Shown here piece after piece: positions 8,404-16,488 of a stretch of DNA of 64,000 nucleotides; position 1 is the first letter of the stretch; every line of letters begins with the position of its first letter. The DNA comes from Chloroflexia bacterium (GTDB taxonomy: Bacteria > Chloroflexota > Chloroflexia > QHBQ01 > JADMIH01), in assembly GCA_036388595.1 (NCBI GenBank), contig DASVRN010000269.1, positions 1,628 through 65,627 on the forward strand, given 5' to 3'. A program made the translations under genes and the position numbers. The notes beneath the pieces were generated by a model, which did no database searches, had not been told where the DNA came from, and saw only the letters and a list, made by a program, of their open reading frames with translations.

Positions 8404-9255
8404 ATGCACTCACCCGACCCCGGCAGACCACCCCTCGTTGACAGCCACGCTCACCTCGACTCCACCGACTTCGCGGGAGATAGGGACGAGCTAGTGGCGC
8501 GTGCGCGCGAAAAGGGGCTGGTAGGCATAGTCTCCATCGGCTTCGAGCCTGAGGGTTGGGCATCAACGCTGCAACTGGCAGACCGTTACGAGATGGTGTT
8601 TCCGGCACTCGGGGTACACCCCAATAGTGCCGACCAGACCTTCGAGGCTACGCTGGCGGATTTGGAGTCGTTGTGCAGGCGGCACCAAATAGTCGGGCTG
8701 GGCGAGACAGGGTTGGACTACTACCGCGAGTACGTGACGCACGAGCAACAGCGGGAGTCCTTTCGGGCACACCTGGACCTGGCGCGACAGCTTGACCTCC
8801 CCGTGATCGTCCACAACCGCGATGCACACACCGACATCCTCGACATCTTGAAGCGGGACGGCCATGCTACACGCGGGGTGATGCACTCATTTTCGGGCGA
8901 CGTGGCCTACGCGGAGGAGTGCATGGCGCTGGACTATATGATTTCCATGTCCGGGCCGGTGACTTTCAAGAAGGCAGTCGATAAGCACCAGGTGGCGGCA
9001 GCGGTGCCGCTGGACATGCTGCTGGTGGAGACCGACTGCCCCTACCTTACGCCCGAGCCTTACCGGGGCAGGCGCAACGAGCCGTCCTACGTCTACTACA
9101 CGGCGGAGGCTATTGCGCGCCTACGTGGAGTACCCTTTGAAGTGGTAGCGGAGGCCACCACAGCGAACGCCGCGAGGTTGTTCGGCCTTCCTATACGAGT
9201 TGAGCGGACTGCAACGTGGCAGCCAGAACAGACAGCTATTGAGGCACAACCATGA
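8404..9255 (+). CDS. tatD: TatD-family metal-dependent DNase/hydrolase
   Basis: VDSHAHLD..., LGETGLDYYR, IVHNRDAHTDIL, MHSFSGD, LVETDCPYLTP motifs of the TatD family. Confidence 0.8.
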   Translation: MHSPDPGRPPLVDSHAHLDSTDFAGDRDELVARAREKGLVGIVSIGFEPEGWASTLQLADRYEMVFPALGVHPNSADQTFEATLADLESLCRRHQIVGLGETGLDYYREYVTHEQQRESFRAHLDLARQLDLPVIVHNRDAHTDILDILKRDGHATRGVMHSFSGDVAYAEECMALDYMISMSGPVTFKKAVDKHQVAAAVPLDMLLVETDCPYLTPEPYRGRRNEPSYVYYTAEAIARLRGVPFEVVAEATTANAARLFGLPIRVERTATWQPEQTAIEAQP

Positions 9256-10376
9256 TAAACCTATGGCAGGTACAGGTCTTCCTGGTGGTGGCGGAGACGG
9301 GTAGTTTCTCGGCGGCGGCGGTCCGGTTGCACCTCACGCAACCCGGTGTGAGCCAGCAGATCCGCGCGCTCGAAACCCACCTTGGCACCAAGCTTTTCAT
9401 CCGTCGCGGGCACGGCGTAGAATTGACGGCGGCGGGCTACGACCTGCTCGATCCGGCGCGCCGCCTCATCCACCTCTCGGAGATGACCGAGCGCACCGTC
9501 ATGTCGCGCCGCAGCGAGGTCAGTGGGCGTATCCGCCTGGGCTGCTGCGTCTCGTCCGCACCGTACACATTGGGCGGCTGGCTGTACGAGTTCCGTAGCA
9601 AGTTCCCGGAGGTGTCGGTGCACCTGGAGCACACCGAGCCGGGGCCGATGCTGGGGGCGTTGCGCGCGCAGGAGCTTGACGGCGGATTTGTGCTTGGCCG
9701 CATGCGGGGCCGGGGCCTGGTACACCACAAGATCACCGAGGACCCCATCACGCTCATCGTGCCATTGAACCATGCCTGGACCTCCCCCGCCGAGATAGGC
9801 CGCGCCGAGATGGAGCTTCAAGCCCAGGCCCGTGAGGAGCGTCATACCACGCCCGCCGCTACCCACCCCGCGCCTGCCTCCGCCTCCGGTGGCCGCACTC
9901 CGCGGTTCGGTGAGGACGGCTGGGTGCCCGCCATCAAGCCCGCCCTGCTCAAGACGCAGCCGCTCATCATCGAACACGGCAACGGTGAGAGTCATAGCGA
10001 CGCCCGCCGCGCCCTCAACGACGCCCTGGAGGAACGGAGCCTTTCCATCCGCGATATGCGCGTGGTGCTGGAGCTACCCGACCCCACAGCGGTGGCGTGC
10101 GCGGTAGCCGAAGGACTAGGGGTGGGCCTGGTGCCGCTGTCCATAGCGCGCCGCTTCGTCGGCCAGGTCTTCCCCCTGCGGATAGAGGGTTTCTCGCTCG
10201 CCCAACACGTCTACCTGATCCACGACCGCAAGGCATTGCACAGCCCGGCGGTGAGCGCCTGGTGGAAGTTCGTGGACAACAAGGTCGGCAAGCAGGGGCG
10301 CACCGAGTCGCAAGTCGAGGAAGAGCAGCGAGAAGAGGCACTAGCGCCTGTGGAGATGGCGGCCAGCCTGGTTTAG
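9252..10376 (+). CDS. LysR-family transcriptional regulator (start overlaps the tatD stop, ATGA) with a low-complexity insertion (HTTPAATHPAPASASGGRTPRF) in the effector domain
   Basis: N-terminal HTH VQVFLVVAETGSFSAAAVRLHLTQPGVSQQIRALETHLGTKLF is the LysR signature. Confidence 0.8.
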   Translation: MINLWQVQVFLVVAETGSFSAAAVRLHLTQPGVSQQIRALETHLGTKLFIRRGHGVELTAAGYDLLDPARRLIHLSEMTERTVMSRRSEVSGRIRLGCCVSSAPYTLGGWLYEFRSKFPEVSVHLEHTEPGPMLGALRAQELDGGFVLGRMRGRGLVHHKITEDPITLIVPLNHAWTSPAEIGRAEMELQAQAREERHTTPAATHPAPASASGGRTPRFGEDGWVPAIKPALLKTQPLIIEHGNGESHSDARRALNDALEERSLSIRDMRVVLELPDPTAVACAVAEGLGVGLVPLSIARRFVGQVFPLRIEGFSLAQHVYLIHDRKALHSPAVSAWWKFVDNKVGKQGRTESQVEEEQREEALAPVEMAASLV

Positions 10377-10398
10377 CGGGCACTGGACGAGTAGTGGC

Positions 10399-10461
10399 AG
10401 TGCATAGTCGCAGGGTGAAGGTGCATAGTCGCAGGGTCAAGGTGCGTAGTCGCCAGGAGAC
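10399..10461. repeat. 21-bp tandem repeat x3 (GGTGCATAGTCGCAGGGTGAA-like) immediately 3' of the LysR gene
   Basis: ggcagtgcatagtcgcagggtgaa / ggtgcatagtcgcagggtcaa / ggtgcgtagtcgccaggagac. Confidence 0.6.
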
Positions 10462-10654
10462 GCCCGTCGACTAAAGTCGAGGGCTATACTCTGCAAAGTC
10501 CCCCTTCGGGGACTGGCTTGTTCTAAGGGCTTCTATCGTGGTGAAAATGTAGCTAAAGCAGTCCGCCGCAGGGCGGACTTTGTAATGTGTAGCCCGCGAT
10601 TTCAATCGACGGGCGTCACCCTGTGACTGATACACAATTTCACCGCTTGCTTCC

Positions 10655-10684
10655 TTGACGCTCCCCGCACCCCTCCTGTACTAT
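10655..10684 (+). promoter_or_regulatory. Candidate sigma70-type promoter TTGACG-18-TACTAT for the CoA ligase gene
   Basis: ttgacg ctccccgcacccctcctg tactat, about 30 nt upstream of the TTG start (RBS GGAGGA at 10707-10712). Confidence 0.4.
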
Positions 10685-10716
10685 GGTGGGACCGCATATC
10701 TCCCACGGAGGAAGCC

Positions 10717-12720
10717 TTGAGCGACCGGCGCATCTTGCAGGTTCCCGCCACAATCCAGATTCCATCTGGGATAGTCAGCCCCCGTGCCCGCGAAATTGCC
10801 TGGCGGCCCAGCCCTGTATACCTGGAACGCTCTCGGTTACGGCGGTTCATGCAGCAGCAGGGCGTCGGCTCGTTCGAGGAGCTTTTGCAGCGCTCGGCGG
10901 CGGACCCGGTCTGGTTCTGGGATGCCACGGTCAAGGACCTGGGATTCGAGTTCTACACTCCCTACACTCAGGTGCTGGATACTAGCCGAGGCTGGGAATG
11001 GGCCACCTGGTTCACGGGCGCGCAGTACAACTACGTACACGACGCCCTGGACAAGCACGCCACAGGTGACAACGCCGACCGCCCCGCCATCATCTTCGAG
11101 GGCGAAGAGGGCGTAATTCGTACGCTGACCTATGCGCAGCTACACGCCGAGGTCTGCCGCTTTGCGAACGGCCTGAAGTCGCTCGGCATAGAGAAGGGCG
11201 ACCGCGTAGGGCTGTTCATGCCGTTCACGCCGGAGGTAGCAATCGCCATGCTGGCCTGCGGCAAGCTGGGGGCTATTTTCATCCCGGTCTTTTCGGGCTA
11301 CGCCGCCCCATCTGTGGCCTCACGTCTGAGCGATTGCGGGGCGAAAGTGCTGGTCACATCGGACGGCTTCACCAGGCGTGGCAAGCCTGTAGCTATGAAG
11401 GAAGTCGCGGATGAAGCAGCGGCCGCCGCGCCGTGTGTCGAGAAGGTGGTGGTGCATAGACGGTTGGGGCGCGACGTTCCCTGGAACCCTGAGCGCGACA
11501 TCTGGTGGGACGACCTTCTAGCGACCCAGGACGACCACCTTGAGACCGAGCGCACCGGGGCCGAAGACCTCTACATGATAATTTACACGTCGGGCACCAC
11601 CGGCAAGCCGAAGGGCGCTCAGCACGTCCACTGTGGCTTCCCAATCAAGGGCGCGCAGGACATGGCCCACTGCTTCGACGTGCAGCCCGGCGACGTCTTC
11701 TTCTGGTTCACCGATATCGGCTGGATGATGGGGCCGTGGGCAATCAGCGGTACGCTCATGCTCGGGGCCACCCTCTTTATGTACGACGGCACGCCCGACT
11801 CCCCCGGACCCGACCGCGTTTGGGCCATGATCGAGCGGCACCGCATCACGCACCTGGGCATCTCGCCCACTGCCATACGCTCCCTCATGGCGCAGGGCGA
11901 CGAGTGGGTGGACAAGCACGACCTGTCTTCGCTGCTGTTCCTGGGGTCTACGGGCGAGCCGTGGAACCCCGACCCCTGGTGGTGGTACTTCCGCAAGATC
12001 GGCGGGAGCCGCTGCCCCATAATCAACTATTCGGGCGGCACCGAGATTTCGGGCGGCATCCTGTCCTGCATCCCGCTTCTGCCCATCAAGCCTTCCTCCT
12101 TCAACTCCCCCGTGCCCGGCATGGCTGCCGACGTTGTGAGCGACACCGGGGAGCCTGTGAGGGGCGCGGTGGGCGAACTGGCGATACGCGGCCCCTGGCC
12201 CGGCATGACGCGTGGCTTCTGGGGCGACCAGGAACGCTACATCGACACCTATTTCTCTAGGATACCAGGGCTGTGGGTGCATGGCGACTGGGCTCAAATT
12301 GACGAACACGGCTACTGGTACATCCTGGGCCGCTCCGACGACACCATCAAGGTGGCAGGCAAGCGACTGGGTCCGGCGGAAGTAGAGTCGGCCGCGGTGA
12401 GCCACTCCCATGTGCGTGAGGCGGCGGCGATAGGGGTGCCGGACGAATTGAAGGGCGAGTCGGTGGTGGTGTTCGCCGTGCTCAGGCCCAACGTCGAGCA
12501 GTCGGACGCGCTACGGGGGGAGATAGCTGCGGCCATAGTGGGGCAGCTTGGCAAGAGTCTTGCACCCAAGAAGGTGCTGTTCGTGAGCGACTTGCCCAAG
12601 ACACGCAACGCCAAGATCATGCGCCGCGTCATACGCGCCCGCTACCTGAACGAGACCCTGGGCGATATTTCCTCTCTTGAGAACCCGGCGGCGGTGGAGG
12701 AGATAGCCAACGCCCGGTGA
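10717..12720 (+). CDS. AMP-forming acyl-CoA synthetase of the acetyl-CoA/acetoacetyl-CoA synthetase family (ACAS_N plus AMP-binding domains); TTG start
   Basis: DPVWFWD N-domain, IIYTSGTTGKPKG P-loop, GWMMGPW, YSGGTEISGG, DDTIKVAGKRL motifs. Confidence 0.75.
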   Translation: MSDRRILQVPATIQIPSGIVSPRAREIAWRPSPVYLERSRLRRFMQQQGVGSFEELLQRSAADPVWFWDATVKDLGFEFYTPYTQVLDTSRGWEWATWFTGAQYNYVHDALDKHATGDNADRPAIIFEGEEGVIRTLTYAQLHAEVCRFANGLKSLGIEKGDRVGLFMPFTPEVAIAMLACGKLGAIFIPVFSGYAAPSVASRLSDCGAKVLVTSDGFTRRGKPVAMKEVADEAAAAAPCVEKVVVHRRLGRDVPWNPERDIWWDDLLATQDDHLETERTGAEDLYMIIYTSGTTGKPKGAQHVHCGFPIKGAQDMAHCFDVQPGDVFFWFTDIGWMMGPWAISGTLMLGATLFMYDGTPDSPGPDRVWAMIERHRITHLGISPTAIRSLMAQGDEWVDKHDLSSLLFLGSTGEPWNPDPWWWYFRKIGGSRCPIINYSGGTEISGGILSCIPLLPIKPSSFNSPVPGMAADVVSDTGEPVRGAVGELAIRGPWPGMTRGFWGDQERYIDTYFSRIPGLWVHGDWAQIDEHGYWYILGRSDDTIKVAGKRLGPAEVESAAVSHSHVREAAAIGVPDELKGESVVVFAVLRPNVEQSDALRGEIAAAIVGQLGKSLAPKKVLFVSDLPKTRNAKIMRRVIRARYLNETLGDISSLENPAAVEEIANAR

Positions 12721-12750
12721 GCAAGAAATACCCTCAACTAGGACGACATT

Positions 12751-13677
12751 ATGAGATTAGTTACTTTCGACTCCGGAGAAGGTGGACCGCATGTCGGCGT
12801 GCTGCTGGACGACCAGGTGCTGGACCTGACCGTATGGCTGGGCACGAAGCAAGCGATGCCGACGTTTGACATGCTCGACCTGATAGAGATGGGCGAGGCG
12901 GGCTTGCGATTGGTCAGGCACGCGGTGGAGTCAGCCCCCGAGGACCTCGACATAGAGGGAGCCATACTGCCACTGGCGGAGCTTCGCCTATTGGCACCGA
13001 TTCCCCGCCCGCGTAAGAACGTGTTCTGCCTGGGCCGCAACTACGCCGAGCACGCGAAAGAGTCTACCCGCGCCTGGGGTGAGGACGCGCCCCCGCCGCC
13101 TCCGCAGTACCCCGCCATCTTCACCAAGGCCCCCACGTCCGTTATCGGACCTTACGACGACATTCCATACGACCCGAACGTCAGCACGCAACTGGACTGG
13201 GAGTGTGAGCTTGCGGTAGTCGTGGGCCAGGCGGGCAAGAACATCAGGCGCGATGAGGCGATGGACTACGTCTTTGGTTACATGGTGCTCAATGACGTGT
13301 CGGCCCGCGAGGTGCAGAAGCGGCACGGCGGTCAGTTCTTCAAGGGCAAGAGCCTGGATGGTACCTGCCCCATCGGCCCCTGGATCGTCACAGCCGACGA
13401 ACTCGGCGACCCCGGCGACCTCAAACTCTGGACCCGCGTGAACGGCGAAGTGAAGCAACACGACACCACCCGCTCTATGCTGCTCGACGTGCCGGGCACC
13501 ATCGAGAGCCTGTCCCTCGGCATGACGCTCGAACCGGGCGACATTATAGCCACGGGCACACCCGCCGGGGTCGGTTTCGCCCGCACGCCCCCCGAATACC
13601 TCTTTCCAGGGGACGTGGTGGAGTGCGAAGTGGAACGCATCGGCATCATCAGGAACAGAGTGGCTGGCGCGAGCTAG
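12751..13677 (+). CDS. Fumarylacetoacetate hydrolase (FAH) family protein (2-keto-4-pentenoate hydratase / oxaloacetate decarboxylase-like)
   Basis: NYAEHAKE, ELAVVVG, NDVSAREVQ, KGKSLDGTCPIGPWIVTADEL, IATGTPAGVG motifs. Confidence 0.75.
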   Translation: MRLVTFDSGEGGPHVGVLLDDQVLDLTVWLGTKQAMPTFDMLDLIEMGEAGLRLVRHAVESAPEDLDIEGAILPLAELRLLAPIPRPRKNVFCLGRNYAEHAKESTRAWGEDAPPPPPQYPAIFTKAPTSVIGPYDDIPYDPNVSTQLDWECELAVVVGQAGKNIRRDEAMDYVFGYMVLNDVSAREVQKRHGGQFFKGKSLDGTCPIGPWIVTADELGDPGDLKLWTRVNGEVKQHDTTRSMLLDVPGTIESLSLGMTLEPGDIIATGTPAGVGFARTPPEYLFPGDVVECEVERIGIIRNRVAGAS

Positions 13678-13709
13678 CCCACAAACAGAACAGGCAGGAG
13701 ACATAGAAG

Positions 13710-14042
13710 TTGCTTACAAGTGAGGAAGTGCGCCACGTCGCCATGCTGGCCCGGCTGGGCTTGTCGGACGAGGAAGTGGAGACGCTACGGAGCCAGCTAG
13801 GGCAGGTGCTGGAATACATCGAGATACTGCAAGGGGTAGATACCTCGGCTGTGGCCCCCACCGCGCAGGTGCTGTCACACGTGAACGTGGTGCGCCCCGA
13901 TAGCTCCAGGCCGTCGCTACCCCCCGGTGAGGCCCTGGTGAACGCCCCCGGCCGCGAAGGCGAGTTCTTCCGCGTGCCTGCCGTGATGGAGGACTTCGAG
14001 GCAGGGAGCACGGGCGGTGGGACCGGAGGCGGCGATGAATAG
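13710..14042 (+). CDS. gatC: Asp/Glu-tRNA amidotransferase subunit C (TTG start, RBS AGGAGA)
   Basis: VRHVAMLARLGLSDEEVETLRSQLGQVLEYIEILQGVDTSAVAPT is the GatC signature. Confidence 0.8.
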   Translation: MLTSEEVRHVAMLARLGLSDEEVETLRSQLGQVLEYIEILQGVDTSAVAPTAQVLSHVNVVRPDSSRPSLPPGEALVNAPGREGEFFRVPAVMEDFEAGSTGGGTGGGDE

Positions 14043-15543
14043 CGCAGTTGGCAGCGAGTCGCTGGCGTTCCTCACCATCCACGAAGCCCGCGACCTGCTG
14101 GACGGAGGGCAGGTCTCCTCAGTGGAGTTGACGGAAGCGGCCCTGGCCCAAATCGATAGCCACGAAGAGCAGGTCCACGCGTTCGTGTCCGTCACCCGAG
14201 AGCGCGCCCTGGAAGCCGCCCACGACTTCGACCGCCGTAGGGCTTCGGGCGGAGGGCCACGCTCCACCCTGGACGGCGTCCCAATGAGCCTCAAGGACGT
14301 GCTGATTACCAGGGATGTGCCTACGACGTGCGGTTCGCGCCACCTTGAGAACTTTTCCCCTCCATTCGACGGCACGGTGCCCGCCAGGCTCATGGAAGCA
14401 GGGGCGGTGCTGCTCGGAAAGAACAATTGCGACGAGTTTGCGATGGGTTCTTCCACGGAGAACTCGGCGTGGGGCGTGAGCCGCAACCCGTGGGACACGT
14501 CGCGCGTGCCGGGCGGCTCCAGCGGAGGGTCGGCGGCGGCCGTGGCGGCAGGCATGGGCCACTACTCGCTCGGCACCGACACCGGCGGGAGCGTGCGCCA
14601 ACCGGCTTCCTTGTGCGGCCTGACCGGGCTAAAGCCAACGTATGGGAGGGTGTCCCGCTACGGCCTGGTGGCCTTCGCTTCCTCTCTCGACCAGATCGGC
14701 CCCTTCACGCGGGACGCTATGGACGCGGCTCTGGTGCTGGAACTCATCGCGGGCCAAGACCCATGCGACTCAACTTCGCAGCCGGTGGAGGTGCCCAGCT
14801 ACAGCACAATCCTTCGCGAGAGCGGAGAATCCCTCAATGGCGTTAGAGTCGGTGTGCGGCGCGGGGCTTTGGATGCTGCGAGTGGCTCAGATGGAGGTCT
14901 AAATCCAGAAGTGGCGGCTGTGGTGCAGTCGGCGGTCACGCAGTTGACGGAGCTTGGTGCCGAGTTGCGCGAGATAGATTTACCCAGCCTCGACTACGCA
15001 CTGGCGGCTTACTACATCATCGCGCCCGCCGAAGCAAGTTCTAATCTTGCTCGCTACGATGGCATGAAGTACGGCTACCGCGATCCAGAGGCACGAAACG
15101 CGGTCAACTCCATGCTGGCAACCCGCGAATACGGCTTCGGACCGGAAGTCAAGCGGCGCATCATGCTAGGCACCTACGCCCTGAGCGCGGGCTACTATGA
15201 GGCGTTCTACAAGAAGGCGCAGCAGGTCCGCACACTGGTGGCCCAGGACTTCAAGCGCGCCTATGAGGACGTGGACGTCATATTGGACCCCACCTCCCCC
15301 ACGGTGGCCTTCAGGATTGGCGAGAAGCTAGACGACCCGCTGGCGATGTACCTCACCGACATCTACACCGTACCGGCCAACCTGGCGGGCGTGCCGGGCG
15401 TCTCGATCCCCTGCGGCTTCTCGGACGGCCTGCCCATTGGCCTGCAAATCCTCGGCAGGCACTTCGATGAAGCTACCATCCTGCGAGTGGCCCACGCCTA
15501 CCAGCAGGTGACCGATTGGCACAGGCAGACACCACGACTTTAG
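14035..15543 (+). CDS. gatA: Glutamyl-tRNA(Gln) amidotransferase subunit A (amidase signature family); start ATG 14035 overlapping the gatC stop
   Basis: GGSSGGSAAAVAAG amidase signature, KDVLITRDVPTTCGSR, LGTDTGGSVRQPAS. Confidence 0.85.
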   Translation: MNSAVGSESLAFLTIHEARDLLDGGQVSSVELTEAALAQIDSHEEQVHAFVSVTRERALEAAHDFDRRRASGGGPRSTLDGVPMSLKDVLITRDVPTTCGSRHLENFSPPFDGTVPARLMEAGAVLLGKNNCDEFAMGSSTENSAWGVSRNPWDTSRVPGGSSGGSAAAVAAGMGHYSLGTDTGGSVRQPASLCGLTGLKPTYGRVSRYGLVAFASSLDQIGPFTRDAMDAALVLELIAGQDPCDSTSQPVEVPSYSTILRESGESLNGVRVGVRRGALDAASGSDGGLNPEVAAVVQSAVTQLTELGAELREIDLPSLDYALAAYYIIAPAEASSNLARYDGMKYGYRDPEARNAVNSMLATREYGFGPEVKRRIMLGTYALSAGYYEAFYKKAQQVRTLVAQDFKRAYEDVDVILDPTSPTVAFRIGEKLDDPLAMYLTDIYTVPANLAGVPGVSIPCGFSDGLPIGLQILGRHFDEATILRVAHAYQQVTDWHRQTPRL

Positions 15544-15703
15544 GATGATGGACGACGGACGATAGACGATAGGAGACGGAACCGCCAGGACGCCAAGGAC
15601 GTAAAGTGCGCGCCAAGTGGATGAAGGGTAGGTAGCAGCACTCTACCTACCCACTACTCAGCCCTCATTCCTCATCACTCCCATCGTCCATCGTCCATCG
15701 TCC
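15544..15703. repeat. MITE-like element copy B, same family as 1236-1418 (GATGGAC-type heptamers at left, GTCCATC x3 at right, shared core GATAGGAGACGgAAcCGCCAgGACGCcAAGGACG)
   Basis: Direct comparison with copy A; the internal segment differs and is itself palindromic (gggtaggtag...ctacctaccc). Confidence 0.6.
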
Positions 15704-15776
15704 AAATCGGGTGCAAAACCACGGCGCGCAACCCCATTTGCTATATACTCTCTTTCGTGCCGGAGTCGAGGGAGAT

Positions 15777-16220
15777 ATGAGCGTCGTATTCAAGCTGCCC
15801 ACAGGTAGGAACAGGTCGTTGTCCACCACCGCTATCTCGGTTGTGCTGGGGCTGTTTGCCTTGCTGTTCCTCGTGCGCTTCGGACAGGAGCTACTGCTGG
15901 AACACGATCTGAACGCCAGGGCAGCAGCGCAACGCCGCGCCAACTCAGCCCTGCGGGACGACAACACCCGGCTGCGAGCCAGCCTCCAATACTTCCAGTC
16001 TACCAAGTACATCGAGCAGCGCGCCCGCGAAGACCTCAACCTGCGTCGGGCCGACGAGGAAGTGCTCATCCCGGTCGGGTTGGATGCTACACTTGCGGGT
16101 GGGCTGGGAGGCACTATGGGGCAGGGTGCGGAGGAGAACGCGACCCGGCAAGAACCGTCGAACTGGGAGAAATGGTTCGGGCTTTTCACCCCCGCAAAGT
16201 CCGCCGACCAGTTTCCTTGA
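15777..16220 (+). CDS. FtsB/DivIC-like septum-formation initiator family protein (single TM plus coiled coil); start at MSVVFK with RBS GGAG
   Basis: N-terminal TM (ISVVLGLFALLFLV) followed by a heptad-rich segment; size and architecture fit the family. Confidence 0.45.
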   Translation: MSVVFKLPTGRNRSLSTTAISVVLGLFALLFLVRFGQELLLEHDLNARAAAQRRANSALRDDNTRLRASLQYFQSTKYIEQRAREDLNLRRADEEVLIPVGLDATLAGGLGGTMGQGAEENATRQEPSNWEKWFGLFTPAKSADQFP

Positions 16221-16245
16221 CATTTGCTCCGCGACCCCGTATAAT
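16217..16245 (+). promoter_or_regulatory. Perfect sigma70 consensus promoter TTGACA-17-TATAAT driving the initiator tRNA; the -35 overlaps the TGA stop of the upstream gene
   Basis: ttgaca tttgctccgcgaccccg tataat, 12 nt upstream of the tRNA 5' end. Confidence 0.7.
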
Positions 16246-16256
16246 AGCAATGTTGA

Positions 16257-16331
16257 CGCGGGGTGGAGCAGTGGAAGCTCGTTGGGCTCATAACCCAAAG
16301 GCCGTAGGTTCGAATCCTACCCCCGCTACCA
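16257..16331 (+). tRNA. Initiator tRNA-fMet (anticodon CAT), CCA encoded
   Basis: About 85% identical to E. coli tRNA-fMet by eye: CGCGGGGTGGAGCAG...GGGCTCATAACCC...GGTTCGAATCC...CCCCGC; three G:C pairs closing the anticodon stem; C1:U72 mismatch. Confidence 0.9.
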
Positions 16332-16334
16332 GTA

Positions 16335-16360
16335 AGAGGCCGAGAGGCCTCTTTTTTGTT
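16335..16360 (+). terminator. Rho-independent terminator after the initiator tRNA
   Basis: agaggcc-gag-aggcctct hairpin followed by ttttttgtt. Confidence 0.8.
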
Positions 16361-16488
16361 GCCTTCTTTAGGGTGTGATAAAATGGAGTACTTGCCCGGA
16401 GTCGCGGGTGGTCGCTAAGTCAGGCGGTCTGAGAGGCAGCGCCCCCACGCTCATTCTACCGGCATTCACTTCATGTAGGAGACAACTC

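Noticed and set aside
9261-9995. 244-aa minus-strand ORF antisense to the LysR gene
   Set aside because: The LysR HTH and effector domain on the plus strand are clear; the antisense product is Gly/Arg/Leu-rich junk
11518-12411. 297-aa minus-strand ORF inside the CoA-ligase gene
   Set aside because: The plus-strand frame carries unambiguous AMP-binding motifs; the minus ORF has Arg/Gly/Ala-rich junk composition
12988-13704. 238-aa minus-strand ORF antisense to the FAH-family gene
   Set aside because: FAH motifs on the plus strand are unambiguous; the antisense ORF has no motifs
13710-15543. Whether absence of gatB next to gatC-gatA is meaningful
   Set aside because: gatB is frequently unlinked from gatCA in many bacteria; not informative within this window
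16172-16378. 68-aa plus-strand ORF spanning the initiator tRNA
   Set aside because: It simply reads through the tRNA gene and its terminator; not coding
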